A stretch of DNA of 64,000 nucleotides from Gammaproteobacteria bacterium. GTDB taxonomy: Bacteria; Pseudomonadota; Gammaproteobacteria; Steroidobacterales; Steroidobacteraceae. The stretch spans positions 28,576-92,575 of the forward strand of contig RFOD01000002.1 of assembly GCA_009926865.1 (NCBI GenBank). The letters run 5' to 3'. Under the pieces are notes generated by a model. The model made no database searches. It was not told the origin of the DNA and was given only the letters and a program-made list of their open reading frames with translations. This document shows, one piece after another, positions 56,670 to 64,000 of this stretch; positions within the stretch are counted from its first letter, which is position 1; each line of letters begins with the position of its first letter. The translations under genes and the position numbers were made by a program.

Positions 56670-59009
56670 ATGGAGTTTTCCTTGTTCGAGAAGGGGCAAA
56701 GACTCTGCGACCGCTTCGTGTTGCTCGAAATACTTTACGCCGCAGACGACTGGTCGATTTGGCAGGCGCTGGATGAGCAGCGCTCCGTCCAGGTGGCCAT
56801 TAAATGCATCGTCCGTGATAACCCGCGAGCCGATGAACAATGGAGACTGATGCTTCGGCAATATGCCGTACGTTTACGACTCGATCACGAGCGAGTGCTG
56901 AGGATTGACGAGCCAGTTCGTGATCATGAAGTTTGTGTACTACCAATGCAGCTGGCCGCAGGCAACGCGAGTCGCTTACGAGGCAAGGCTTGGCGCCAAT
57001 GGCGTGCGGTTGCCATTGATGTGGCGCGTGCCCTAGCGCATTTGCATCAGCGTGGTTGGGTACACGGCGATCTCAAGTCAAGCAATGTCTTACTGGACTT
57101 CCGTGGCGATGCGTTGCTCGCAGATTTCGAATCGACCACCGCTTGTGGCGAGGTAGCGCCGCTTAGCGGCTCTCCATTCAGCGCAAGTCCCGCTCGCCTA
57201 CGCGAACAGCCAGTCAGCATTGCAGACGACCTTTACGGATTCGGTGCATTGCTGCATGAATGGATGACCGGTTACCCCCCGTATTTTCCTGAGCGACCGG
57301 ATCCGAGTCAGTTCCCGTCATTGCCTCCGTTACATTGCGTTCATCCGACTCCCGAGCATTTGAAATCTTTGGTCATACGTTTGTTGGCTTCTGAGCCAAG
57401 CGCTCGACCTTCAAATATGGCTGAAGTGCTTGAATGCTTGGAATGCGATGAGAGCGGTACAGTAAGCCCTGTACTCAGTGCTGACTCCGACGTATTCGAC
57501 ATATCACAGGTTATCGCCGTCACGCCAAATCGTGATGAGGCGCGAGTCGCTGAGCTCGCGGGCGACTCCAGAAAAAGTCGGCGGTGGATTGGTGTCGGTG
57601 TCGTCGCCGGGTTGCTGCTCGGCGGTCTTTGGTGGGTTTTGCCTCAATTGACGCAACAGCAAAGCGCACAGCTGACAAAAGCTTTGTCTGCTGCGCGCGA
57701 AGCGGCTGGGCTTGATGATGCTACGACCTCATCGAGTGTAGTGTCGGACTCCGCAGAGGGCGCCGGCGCGACCCTCGCGCCATCGGTACGTTACGCCACG
57801 CTCGAGGATGCTTATCTCGCTAAGCTCGAAGAGCTTGAGCGGCGTGCAGCCGGCGTCTGGGGTGGTGAAGTATTTGCCAGTGGTAAATCTTTGGGTCGCT
57901 TAGCCAAGGAAGCGGCCGATGACCGAGATTGGGAGATTGCTCTTGATCGGATTGCCGTAGCCACTCGTCGACTCGAGCGTGTCGAAGTTGACATCCCAGT
58001 AATTAAGGCCACTCGATTGCAAGATGCTGTGGCAGCGCTAGATCTTGGGCAGCTTGAGCTGGCGAGACAAAACTTTGATCTGGTGCGCCAAATTGAGCCT
58101 ACCGATTCTCAAGCGCTCGAGGGTCTGGAGCGTGTCTCAGCGCTCGCTGCTGTCTTGCCCGTGCTCGCCCAGGCGGAGTCGGCACTACTGGCAGGGCAAG
58201 CGCTACAGGCCTTAACTTTATTTGAGCAAGTTTTGCGGGTCGATGCCGGTAATCGTCGTGCTAAAGATGGCTTGCAGCAAGCGAGTTTAAGCTTAGGTAA
58301 CGATCAATTTGGTCAAGCGATTGGTGAAGCGCTCGCCGAATTGCGGGCGGGTGATTTTCCGGCCGTTGAATCGGCATTACAACGCGCAGCCGCGCTACGC
58401 CCCTTAGCGCCGGAGCTCGCAGCCGTACGCGCGCAGTTATCGGCGGGGGTTGAAAGGCGCGCCCTGGAGGGTGAGCGCGAGCGTATTCTCGCGCTCGAGC
58501 AGGCTGAACGCTGGGGTGAGGCTTTGCGTCGCTACGAGCAGGTCTTGGCGCAAGATCCCAGTTTGGTATTTGCACGTACGGGTCGGGAGCGCGTGGCTTC
58601 GCGAGCCCTTGTCGAGCAAAGATTTAATGCCTTGATCGGTGAGCCTGCTCGTTTGGTTTCCCCCGATGTGCGCAGAGAAGCGCAGCGACTCATTGCTCAA
58701 TCAGACGTATGGCTCAAAAAGGGCGGTGCGCCTGTGCTGGAGCGTCAACGTGCGGCTTTAGAGACAGAGTTAGAGCGCTTTGCGCAGCGAATTAGAACCG
58801 TCATTGAGTCAGATGGAATGACAGAAGTGCGCATCCAAAGGGTAGGTTCGCTCGGCGTCTTTGAACGCAGAGAACTTGAGTTACAACCTGGGCGTTATGT
58901 GGCGATTGGTACTCGGGCGGGGTTTCGTGATGTCCGTCTAGAGTTTTCTCTGATGCCGGGCGAGTCTACGCCCGTGATTGATGTTAGATGCTCGGAGTCG
59001 GTGACGTGA
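56670..59009 (+). CDS. Hanks-type Ser/Thr protein kinase (atypical motifs), one TM helix, periplasmic TPR-like region
   Basis: ATG 56670 preceded by GGAG. VAIK Lys (VQVAIKCI), catalytic loop VHGDLKSSNVLLD, DFE in place of DFG (LLADFEST), and DLYGFGALLHEWMTGYPPY. TM helix WIGVGVVAGLLLGGLWWVL. Repetitive helical Ala/Leu-rich region. C-terminal beta-domain (PGRYVAIGTRAGFRDVRLEF). Confidence 0.85.
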   Translation: MEFSLFEKGQRLCDRFVLLEILYAADDWSIWQALDEQRSVQVAIKCIVRDNPRADEQWRLMLRQYAVRLRLDHERVLRIDEPVRDHEVCVLPMQLAAGNASRLRGKAWRQWRAVAIDVARALAHLHQRGWVHGDLKSSNVLLDFRGDALLADFESTTACGEVAPLSGSPFSASPARLREQPVSIADDLYGFGALLHEWMTGYPPYFPERPDPSQFPSLPPLHCVHPTPEHLKSLVIRLLASEPSARPSNMAEVLECLECDESGTVSPVLSADSDVFDISQVIAVTPNRDEARVAELAGDSRKSRRWIGVGVVAGLLLGGLWWVLPQLTQQQSAQLTKALSAAREAAGLDDATTSSSVVSDSAEGAGATLAPSVRYATLEDAYLAKLEELERRAAGVWGGEVFASGKSLGRLAKEAADDRDWEIALDRIAVATRRLERVEVDIPVIKATRLQDAVAALDLGQLELARQNFDLVRQIEPTDSQALEGLERVSALAAVLPVLAQAESALLAGQALQALTLFEQVLRVDAGNRRAKDGLQQASLSLGNDQFGQAIGEALAELRAGDFPAVESALQRAAALRPLAPELAAVRAQLSAGVERRALEGERERILALEQAERWGEALRRYEQVLAQDPSLVFARTGRERVASRALVEQRFNALIGEPARLVSPDVRREAQRLIAQSDVWLKKGGAPVLERQRAALETELERFAQRIRTVIESDGMTEVRIQRVGSLGVFERRELELQPGRYVAIGTRAGFRDVRLEFSLMPGESTPVIDVRCSESVT

Positions 59010-61423
59010 CTCGCGACCAGATTTTTATCTTTGAGCCGATGGGTGATAGGGCGCTATCGGCGCCGATCCGTGTGGGGTCTGCAACGGACTGTGATGTACG
59101 CATTCCGGATGATGAGACAGATCGGGAATTAATCATTGATAGAGATTCTGAGGGGTGGTTCATTCTGATCACCGCCGATGGTGCAAATCTAAACGGCGTG
59201 CCGTTACAGAGGGACTGGCGTTATCAGTTGCAGACCGAGGATGTGTTACGGATCGGTGATGCAGTACTACGAGTTCGTCTACTCGAGACGGATTTGGAAT
59301 TGCTTATTGATCATCCAGAGGGTAACGCGACCTTGGCGCCTTCAGCGCCCGTTTCTTTGCTTCAATACGATGAGCAAGCCGAGGAGCGTATTTCCGCTGC
59401 GCCGCGTGAGTTTTCTAAATCAATACCCTCAGACGATACAGGTTATCGAGTCAATCGGAAATTTGTTTGGGGGTCTTTGTTCGGCCTGGTTGCCATCTTG
59501 TTACTGGTTGTTACGATTTTGGGGCGCTTGCAGCCAGTGACGTTCGTAGTCGATCCAACGACAGCTTCGGTGGGGGGCTCGGGCTTAGGCTGGACATCTG
59601 GCAATACGCTATTTTTGATGCCAGGTGAGCGGACAATTCTTGCGTCTGCAAAGGGTTATTCATCGCTCCAACAACGGGTGTCGATCAAGCCAGATGAGCC
59701 CATGAGTTTACAGCTGCGGTTGGAGCCCCTACCCGGGATTGTGGAAGTCGATACCGCGGGTGTCGCAGCTGAAGTCTTTGTGGACGGCGCGCGCACAGGT
59801 AAAGTGCCTGGAGACTTGGAAATACTGCAAGGCATGAGAACGCTGACCATTCGAGCAGATAAATATTTTGACGAAATTCGGCAGTTGGAAGTTGAGGGGT
59901 TTGGGGTGCGTCAAGTTATCTCGGTACCCCTTCGTCCATCCTGGGGAACCGTGCAAGTGCAGACCGACCGTGCGGCGGCGACTCTGATCATTGAGGGGCA
60001 GGACCCCATCCCATTACCCGCTGAAGTGCAATTGCCGGCTGGGCTTCATCGATTGGAAGTGGCGGCACCCGAAGCGAAGTCTTGGCGTGGAGCGGTTTTG
60101 GTGGAAGCGGGAGTCGTTCAAACAATCGGCCCGTTATCTTTGGGGGAGCCAGATGCGATCTGGCAAATAAGCTCTCGCCCATCGGGCGCGTCGGTCACTG
60201 TCAACGGTGTATTTCGCGGTCGGACGCCTCTGGAGGTCACGCTCACACCTCAGATGGAGCATCAGATTACGGTGGGTGAGCAAGGATATTCACAAGTTGA
60301 GCGGCGGGTTCGACCGATGCCGGCCGAACGTCAAACTTTGCAACTTAACCTAGACGTACGTCGAGTGACATTGACGGTTGAGGGTGAGCCCATCGGAGCA
60401 GAGATTTTCTTGGCAGGACGTAAGTTGGGGGTTTCGCCGCTGGAGGTGGAACTGCCGGCGCGCCGAGCACAGTTGAGTATTCGCCAGCAGGGCTTTACCG
60501 AACAGTCCTTAAGCGTGGATTTGTCGTCAGGCGTTGCGCGACAAGTGACCTATCGGCTTGTACCTGAGGGGCGATCAGCTGATTGGCAGCCCCCCGCGCC
60601 ACAGGTGAGCTTAGTTCAGGGGCCGGTGCTGCGTTTGATACAAGGGGGTAGTTTTACGATGGGTAGCGCTCGACGCGAGCAGGGACGTCGCTCAAATGAG
60701 TGGCAACGGCGCGTCACGCTGCAGCGGCCCTTTTATATGGGGACGCGAGAAATAAGTAACGGCGAGTTTCGTCGTTTTCGTGCAGATCACGCATCGGGGT
60801 TCATTGGTAAACGCAGCCTCGATCTGGATTCGCAGTCGGTGACGGGTATTAGCTGGGAGGATGCAGTCGAATACTGCAATTGGTTATCGGCGCAAAACGG
60901 GCTCACACCCGCATACACTAAAAAGGAGGGTCGTTGGACTTTGGTGCAACCCGTTAACACAGGTTTCCGGTTACCCACTGAGGCGGAATGGGAATTTGTC
61001 ACTCGAGTTGAACCGGACGCCGCGCCAGTTCGTCGCTATCCCTGGGGCATGCAATTGCCGCCACCTATCGCAACGGCGAATCTTGCGGGCGAGGAGGCTG
61101 CAGCCGATTTATCGAGGACCCTCTCAGGATGGCGTGATGAGTATGTTGTGGTGGCGCCCAGCGCACAGCATCCGGCTAACACGAGAGGTTTGTACGATTT
61201 ATTAGGTAACGTGTCAGAGTGGGTGCATGACGCGTACGCAACGGTGCCTGAAGGGGAGCCCTTGGATCCGATCGGGCCGACCATAGACACTCGCTTACGA
61301 GTGATCAAAGGAGCTAATTGGCGAACGAGTCAATTTGCCGACTTACGTGCGGCGTGGCGGGACGGGCGCGATCGCCCCGCTGATGACGTGGGGTTTCGTA
61401 TTGCGCGCTATGCAGAAGAGTGA
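58988..61423 (+). CDS. FHA-like domain, TM helix, multiple PEGA domains and FGE/SUMF1 (formylglycine-generating-enzyme-like) domain fusion protein
   Basis: N-terminal FHA-like segment (PIRVGSATDCDVRIPDD ... VLRIGDAVLRV). TM helix FVWGSLFGLVAILLLVVTILG. PEGA-like repeats (AAEVFVDGARTGKVPGDL, ASVTVNGVFRGRTPLEV, GAEIFLAGRKLGVSPLEV). FGE-sulfatase motifs (GGSFTMGS, ISWEDAVEYCNWLS, RLPTEAEWEF, GNVSEWVHD, VGFRIARY). An alternative GTG start at 59006 gives a GTGA overlap with the kinase stop. Confidence 0.85.
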   Translation: MLGVGDVTRDQIFIFEPMGDRALSAPIRVGSATDCDVRIPDDETDRELIIDRDSEGWFILITADGANLNGVPLQRDWRYQLQTEDVLRIGDAVLRVRLLETDLELLIDHPEGNATLAPSAPVSLLQYDEQAEERISAAPREFSKSIPSDDTGYRVNRKFVWGSLFGLVAILLLVVTILGRLQPVTFVVDPTTASVGGSGLGWTSGNTLFLMPGERTILASAKGYSSLQQRVSIKPDEPMSLQLRLEPLPGIVEVDTAGVAAEVFVDGARTGKVPGDLEILQGMRTLTIRADKYFDEIRQLEVEGFGVRQVISVPLRPSWGTVQVQTDRAAATLIIEGQDPIPLPAEVQLPAGLHRLEVAAPEAKSWRGAVLVEAGVVQTIGPLSLGEPDAIWQISSRPSGASVTVNGVFRGRTPLEVTLTPQMEHQITVGEQGYSQVERRVRPMPAERQTLQLNLDVRRVTLTVEGEPIGAEIFLAGRKLGVSPLEVELPARRAQLSIRQQGFTEQSLSVDLSSGVARQVTYRLVPEGRSADWQPPAPQVSLVQGPVLRLIQGGSFTMGSARREQGRRSNEWQRRVTLQRPFYMGTREISNGEFRRFRADHASGFIGKRSLDLDSQSVTGISWEDAVEYCNWLSAQNGLTPAYTKKEGRWTLVQPVNTGFRLPTEAEWEFVTRVEPDAAPVRRYPWGMQLPPPIATANLAGEEAAADLSRTLSGWRDEYVVVAPSAQHPANTRGLYDLLGNVSEWVHDAYATVPEGEPLDPIGPTIDTRLRVIKGANWRTSQFADLRAAWRDGRDRPADDVGFRIARYAEE

Positions 61424-61701
61424 GTTCTGACGTGTCTACCCTAAAAGCCAGTAGTCGTCTGTCGCAAGCCACGGGTTGGCGCATGATTGTCGCGACTGCG
61501 TTGACGGCAATCATTTGTTGGCTCGTGGTACTTGTGATGTTGCGCGGTGTCGTCGCGCAGAATGCGGAGCCCGTTGGGACCGAGACCAACGAAGAAGAGG
61601 TGGTGTCGCGCCGTGTTTTGCCGCAGACAGAGCGAGAGGCGGACGCACCTGAATTTCGTGAGTCGGCGGATAACAATATTAGCTTTCCGGTGGATATATG
61701 A
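61420..61701 (+). CDS. Small single-pass membrane protein
   Basis: 93-aa ORF with TM helix WRMIVATALTAIICWLVVLVML. Overlaps both neighbouring genes by 4 nt (GTGA and ATGA). Confidence 0.5.
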   Translation: MSSDVSTLKASSRLSQATGWRMIVATALTAIICWLVVLVMLRGVVAQNAEPVGTETNEEEVVSRRVLPQTEREADAPEFRESADNNISFPVDI

Positions 61702-62495
61702 AAAAGTTGCCCAGCGAATTCGTCTTTATTGTGGCGGCATTATTGATTGCCGCCGTATTTGTGCACTCGGTCTACATTTTGCACATACGGCCTGTTGCTG
61801 AAATGACGCTCAAAATTGACCGCGAGCGTATGGCGGAGGACCCTGAGTACGTCGCAGACCGTTCCATATATGTGGTTATCAAAGATTATGAGCAGCAGGC
61901 CACGATTACGCTGATGTTATGGGCCTTGGCCATTATGGCCTTCAAGGCGATACAGCAACGCCGGGAAGCGGAGGTACTGGAGTCGGAATTGCTACGCTTG
62001 CCAGACGGCGTCAAGATTTTGCCCGAAGACACTCGGGAATACATGCGTCAGGTCGAGTCATTACCGATCGATACTCGAGGCTTATTGGTGCCGCGTGCAT
62101 TGCTTGGGGCACTGGCGAGATTTGGTGCTACGCGTAATGTTCAAGACGCTTCAACAGTAGCGCACGGGATCTGTCAGTCAGAGGCGGAACGTCTAGATTC
62201 TGATTTGGCATTGTTGCGGTATATCGCTTGGGCGATTCCCGCGATTGGTTTCATTGGTACGGTACGCGGCATTGGCGATGCGCTATCCCAGGCGCATAAA
62301 GCCGTCACGGGCGATATCTCTGGTGTGACCGAGGGCTTAGGCGTTGCGTTCAATTCGACCTTAATTGCGCTATTGTTATCAATTCTTCTGATGTTTTTGA
62401 TGCAACAGCTGCAGCAAGCTCAGGAGCGTCGAGTGCTCGATACCGAGACGTGGCTCGATCAAAAAGTCATCCGTAATCTGCAAGCGCGTGGCTAA
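61698..62495 (+). CDS. MotA/TolQ/ExbB-family proton-channel protein
   Basis: Three TM helices. PF01618-type signature: LRYIAWAIPAIGFIGTVRGIGDAL ... GVTEGLGVAFNSTLIALLLSILLMFL. Confidence 0.85.
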   Translation: MKKLPSEFVFIVAALLIAAVFVHSVYILHIRPVAEMTLKIDRERMAEDPEYVADRSIYVVIKDYEQQATITLMLWALAIMAFKAIQQRREAEVLESELLRLPDGVKILPEDTREYMRQVESLPIDTRGLLVPRALLGALARFGATRNVQDASTVAHGICQSEAERLDSDLALLRYIAWAIPAIGFIGTVRGIGDALSQAHKAVTGDISGVTEGLGVAFNSTLIALLLSILLMFLMQQLQQAQERRVLDTETWLDQKVIRNLQARG

Positions 62496-63712
62496 TGATT
62501 GGCGGTTTTCTCAATGAGCAGCAACTGATTCTGTCTGCAGCGGACGGATCACAGACCCTGCGTGCGGAGTTGGATGCGGGTCTTGATCAACGAGGTTTGC
62601 AGATCGCCAAGCAATGGCATAGCGCAGGCTTTCCCGACGCTCAGTTTTCTTTGGCAACGACCGCTCACGAGACCCCCGACCGATTGGCGGAGCTACTATC
62701 TACTCTGGATCGTGAAGGCTTGTCACTTACAGCGTTCATGGACTCGGCCGCATTGGTGGCGGGTGCGGTGGGTTTTAAAGGGGTAGGACTCGTCCTGCAA
62801 TTCCTACGTCATAGTGCATTAGTGACTCGCATTGTAGAGACGGAGGGTCGGTATCGTCGTGCCGCATTTTCCGTCGGAGAGGGTTGCGGACTGATAGATA
62901 TCCGTCGCGCCTGTCTGCAGTGCATTGCAGATCGTATGATTCGGCAAAGCCGTTTCGATCCACTGCACGATGTAAAAGACGAGGAGTATCTGGCGACCCA
63001 TTTGCTTGATTGGCTAAAGCAGGCGATGGAAGAAGGTTCTGTCACCATCAGCATGACGGCGCTCGGTAAGTCAATCGAACTGACGATCAGCTTGGGTGAG
63101 TTCATCAATGCAACAGAGCCTATCTTCAAAAAAATCCGAACTTTGGTGCTGGACACTCGACTACCTGGGACACGCGACTATCTACTCCTCCCTGACTGGC
63201 TAGGCCACACGCCAGGCGCTCGCGAGTATGTCGCGGCGCTGTCCGGATCAGCAGCTTATCTATTTGATGAATCGATCATTGCGCGTGCGGCTGCGCGCTG
63301 TGTACTTCCACCACGCGAGGATGACGCGGTCACGTTATATCGGCAGGTCGAGTTAGCGCCCTTTGCTGAAAGGGAAATCAAGTCGTTTAACGCTGAATCC
63401 AGTGAGTATCGCGCGCCGACTCACCTTCTTTATGGAAGTCGCGTTTGGCAGCTGATGACGTCGATGCGAGTGGGTCGAGGCGCTGACTGCACGGTGGTAT
63501 TGCCTCAAGGTGTAGCAGGCATATCACGTGATCATTGTACGTTGACAAGGCTGGACGACGAATGGGTGCTGATTGATCACAGTCGTTATGGTACGTGGAT
63601 CAATGATGAACGAGTCCGTGGTCGGCAGCGACTGGCGGCAGGAGATCGAGTGCGCGTGGGTGATCTAGGTGTTGAGCTGAATCTGATCACTGTGAGTGAC
63701 AATGATGGCTAA
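62495..63712 (+). CDS. Cytoplasmic protein with unknown ~300-aa N-terminal domain and canonical C-terminal FHA domain
   Basis: FHA signature: VGRGADCTVVLPQGVAGISRDHCTLTRLDDEWVLIDHSRYGTWINDERV ... GDRVRVGD. No TM segment. Start abuts the ExbB-like stop. Confidence 0.8.
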   Translation: MIGGFLNEQQLILSAADGSQTLRAELDAGLDQRGLQIAKQWHSAGFPDAQFSLATTAHETPDRLAELLSTLDREGLSLTAFMDSAALVAGAVGFKGVGLVLQFLRHSALVTRIVETEGRYRRAAFSVGEGCGLIDIRRACLQCIADRMIRQSRFDPLHDVKDEEYLATHLLDWLKQAMEEGSVTISMTALGKSIELTISLGEFINATEPIFKKIRTLVLDTRLPGTRDYLLLPDWLGHTPGAREYVAALSGSAAYLFDESIIARAAARCVLPPREDDAVTLYRQVELAPFAEREIKSFNAESSEYRAPTHLLYGSRVWQLMTSMRVGRGADCTVVLPQGVAGISRDHCTLTRLDDEWVLIDHSRYGTWINDERVRGRQRLAAGDRVRVGDLGVELNLITVSDNDG

Positions 63713-64000
63713 GCGCCGGGTTGAGGTTTTCAGTCTGTCGTTTTTGGATGTGATCTGCTGCGGATTTGGCGCCGTCATTCTTTTCTACACCATCATCAGC
63801 GCGCAAAGCGGTGTTGAGCGTACGCGGCAGGCGGAGGATCTGGCAGCACAGGTCTCGCTACTGGAAGAAGAAGTGCTACGCGGTGCCAAGAATCTAGTTC
63901 TACTACGAAATACACTCGAGAAAACTGAATCCGAGACAGTGTCCGCAGCATCGCGCGCTACCCAACTCATCGAAGCGTTGCAGCGACGACGAGAGGAGGC
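63705..64000 (+). CDS. Partial ORF: ExbD/TolR-like Asp-containing TM helix followed by a coiled coil (runs off the window)
   Basis: Not in the ORF track because it has no stop. ATG at 63705 overlaps the upstream stop. My translation: MAKRRVEVFSLSFLDVICCGFGAVILFYTIISAQSGVERTRQAEDLAAQVSLLEEEVLRGAKNLVLLRNTLEKTESE... The FLDV-plus-hydrophobic-helix segment resembles the ExbD (PFIDVMLVLLIIF) and TolR (PLLDVLLVLLLIF) TM regions. Confidence 0.55.
   Translation, partial: MAKRRVEVFSLSFLDVICCGFGAVILFYTIISAQSGVERTRQAEDLAAQVSLLEEEVLRGAKNLVLLRNTLEKTESETVSAASRATQLIEALQRRREE

Noticed and set aside
62455-62645. When hand-translating the printed sequence, my codon register around 62460..62641 and around 45061..45361 appeared offset by one base from the ORF track.
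   Set aside because: The offsets cancel, and the ORF-track proteins are coherent domain-bearing sequences. I attribute this to my own base-counting error in homopolymer runs at line breaks. I used the ORF-track coordinates throughout.
53863-64000. Interpreting the kinase/FHA/FGE locus as a type VI secretion regulatory (TagQRST-PpkA-Fha) cluster.
   Set aside because: No T6SS structural genes (sheath, Hcp, VgrG, baseplate, TssM/L), no PppA-type phosphatase and no TagS/T-like ABC components are visible. The similarity is one of logic only. The question stays open until the downstream sequence is seen.
61698-64000. Interpreting the ExbB-like/ExbD-like pair as a canonical TonB energising system or as a Zorya (ZorAB) defence module.
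   Set aside because: There is no TonB-like Pro-rich protein and no ExbD periplasmic domain in the visible part. An FHA gene interrupts the pair. The only TonB-dependent receptor is 30 kb away. For Zorya, the A subunit here is short (265 aa, with no long cytoplasmic tail), and no ZorC/D-like nuclease or helicase genes are seen. Neither possibility can be fully excluded without the downstream sequence.
1-64000. Search for tRNA, rRNA, CRISPR arrays, IS elements, integrases and prophage genes.
   Set aside because: The intergenic regions are mostly under 150 bp. The two longer ones (2362..2592 and 32335..32615) show no tRNA-like T-loop or acceptor features. I saw no repeat-spacer periodicity and no ORF with transposase, integrase or phage motifs.

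Overview
About 64 kb of densely coding chromosomal DNA at roughly 55-57% GC by eye. It looks like a Gram-negative, probably marine gammaproteobacterial genome; this taxonomic guess is inference only. I support about 60 CDSs. I found no rRNA, tRNA, CRISPR array, transposase or integrase. Most genes are ordinary metabolism and housekeeping: a fadB-like/thiolase pair, ilvH, ilvI, ilvA, modBC, gloA, an ABC-F ATPase, SUI1/YciH, a TonB-dependent receptor, and many dehydrogenases, hydrolases and MFS transporters.

Two loci stand out.

(1) 53.86 kb to the window end is a co-directional, translationally coupled cluster. It encodes three lipobox proteins, an atypical Hanks-type Ser/Thr kinase with a TM segment and a TPR-like periplasmic region, an FHA-TM-PEGA-FGE/SUMF1 fusion protein, a small membrane protein, a MotA/TolQ/ExbB-family channel protein, a cytoplasmic FHA protein, and a truncated ORF with an ExbD/TolR-like Asp-containing TM helix followed by a coiled coil. 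I read it as a candidate uncharacterised phospho-signalling plus ion-driven stator system. It runs off the window.

(2) 4.15-7.04 kb holds six bactofilin (DUF583) paralogues arranged as a tandemly duplicated three-gene module.

Smaller oddities:
- ilvH is inverted relative to ilvI.
- An AI-2E transporter gene is frameshifted.
- A tandem alpha/beta-hydrolase fusion lacks the nucleophile Ser in both halves.
- A nitrilase-superfamily protein has apparent Cys-to-Ser and Lys-to-Arg substitutions.
- modBC has no adjacent modA.
- Many convergent gene pairs have overlapping stop codons.

All domain calls come from reading motifs by eye in the supplied translations; no searches were run. Alternative start codons were derived from the ORF-track coordinates. 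Hand-placed non-ORF coordinates (hairpins, palindromes) may be off by 1-2 nt.
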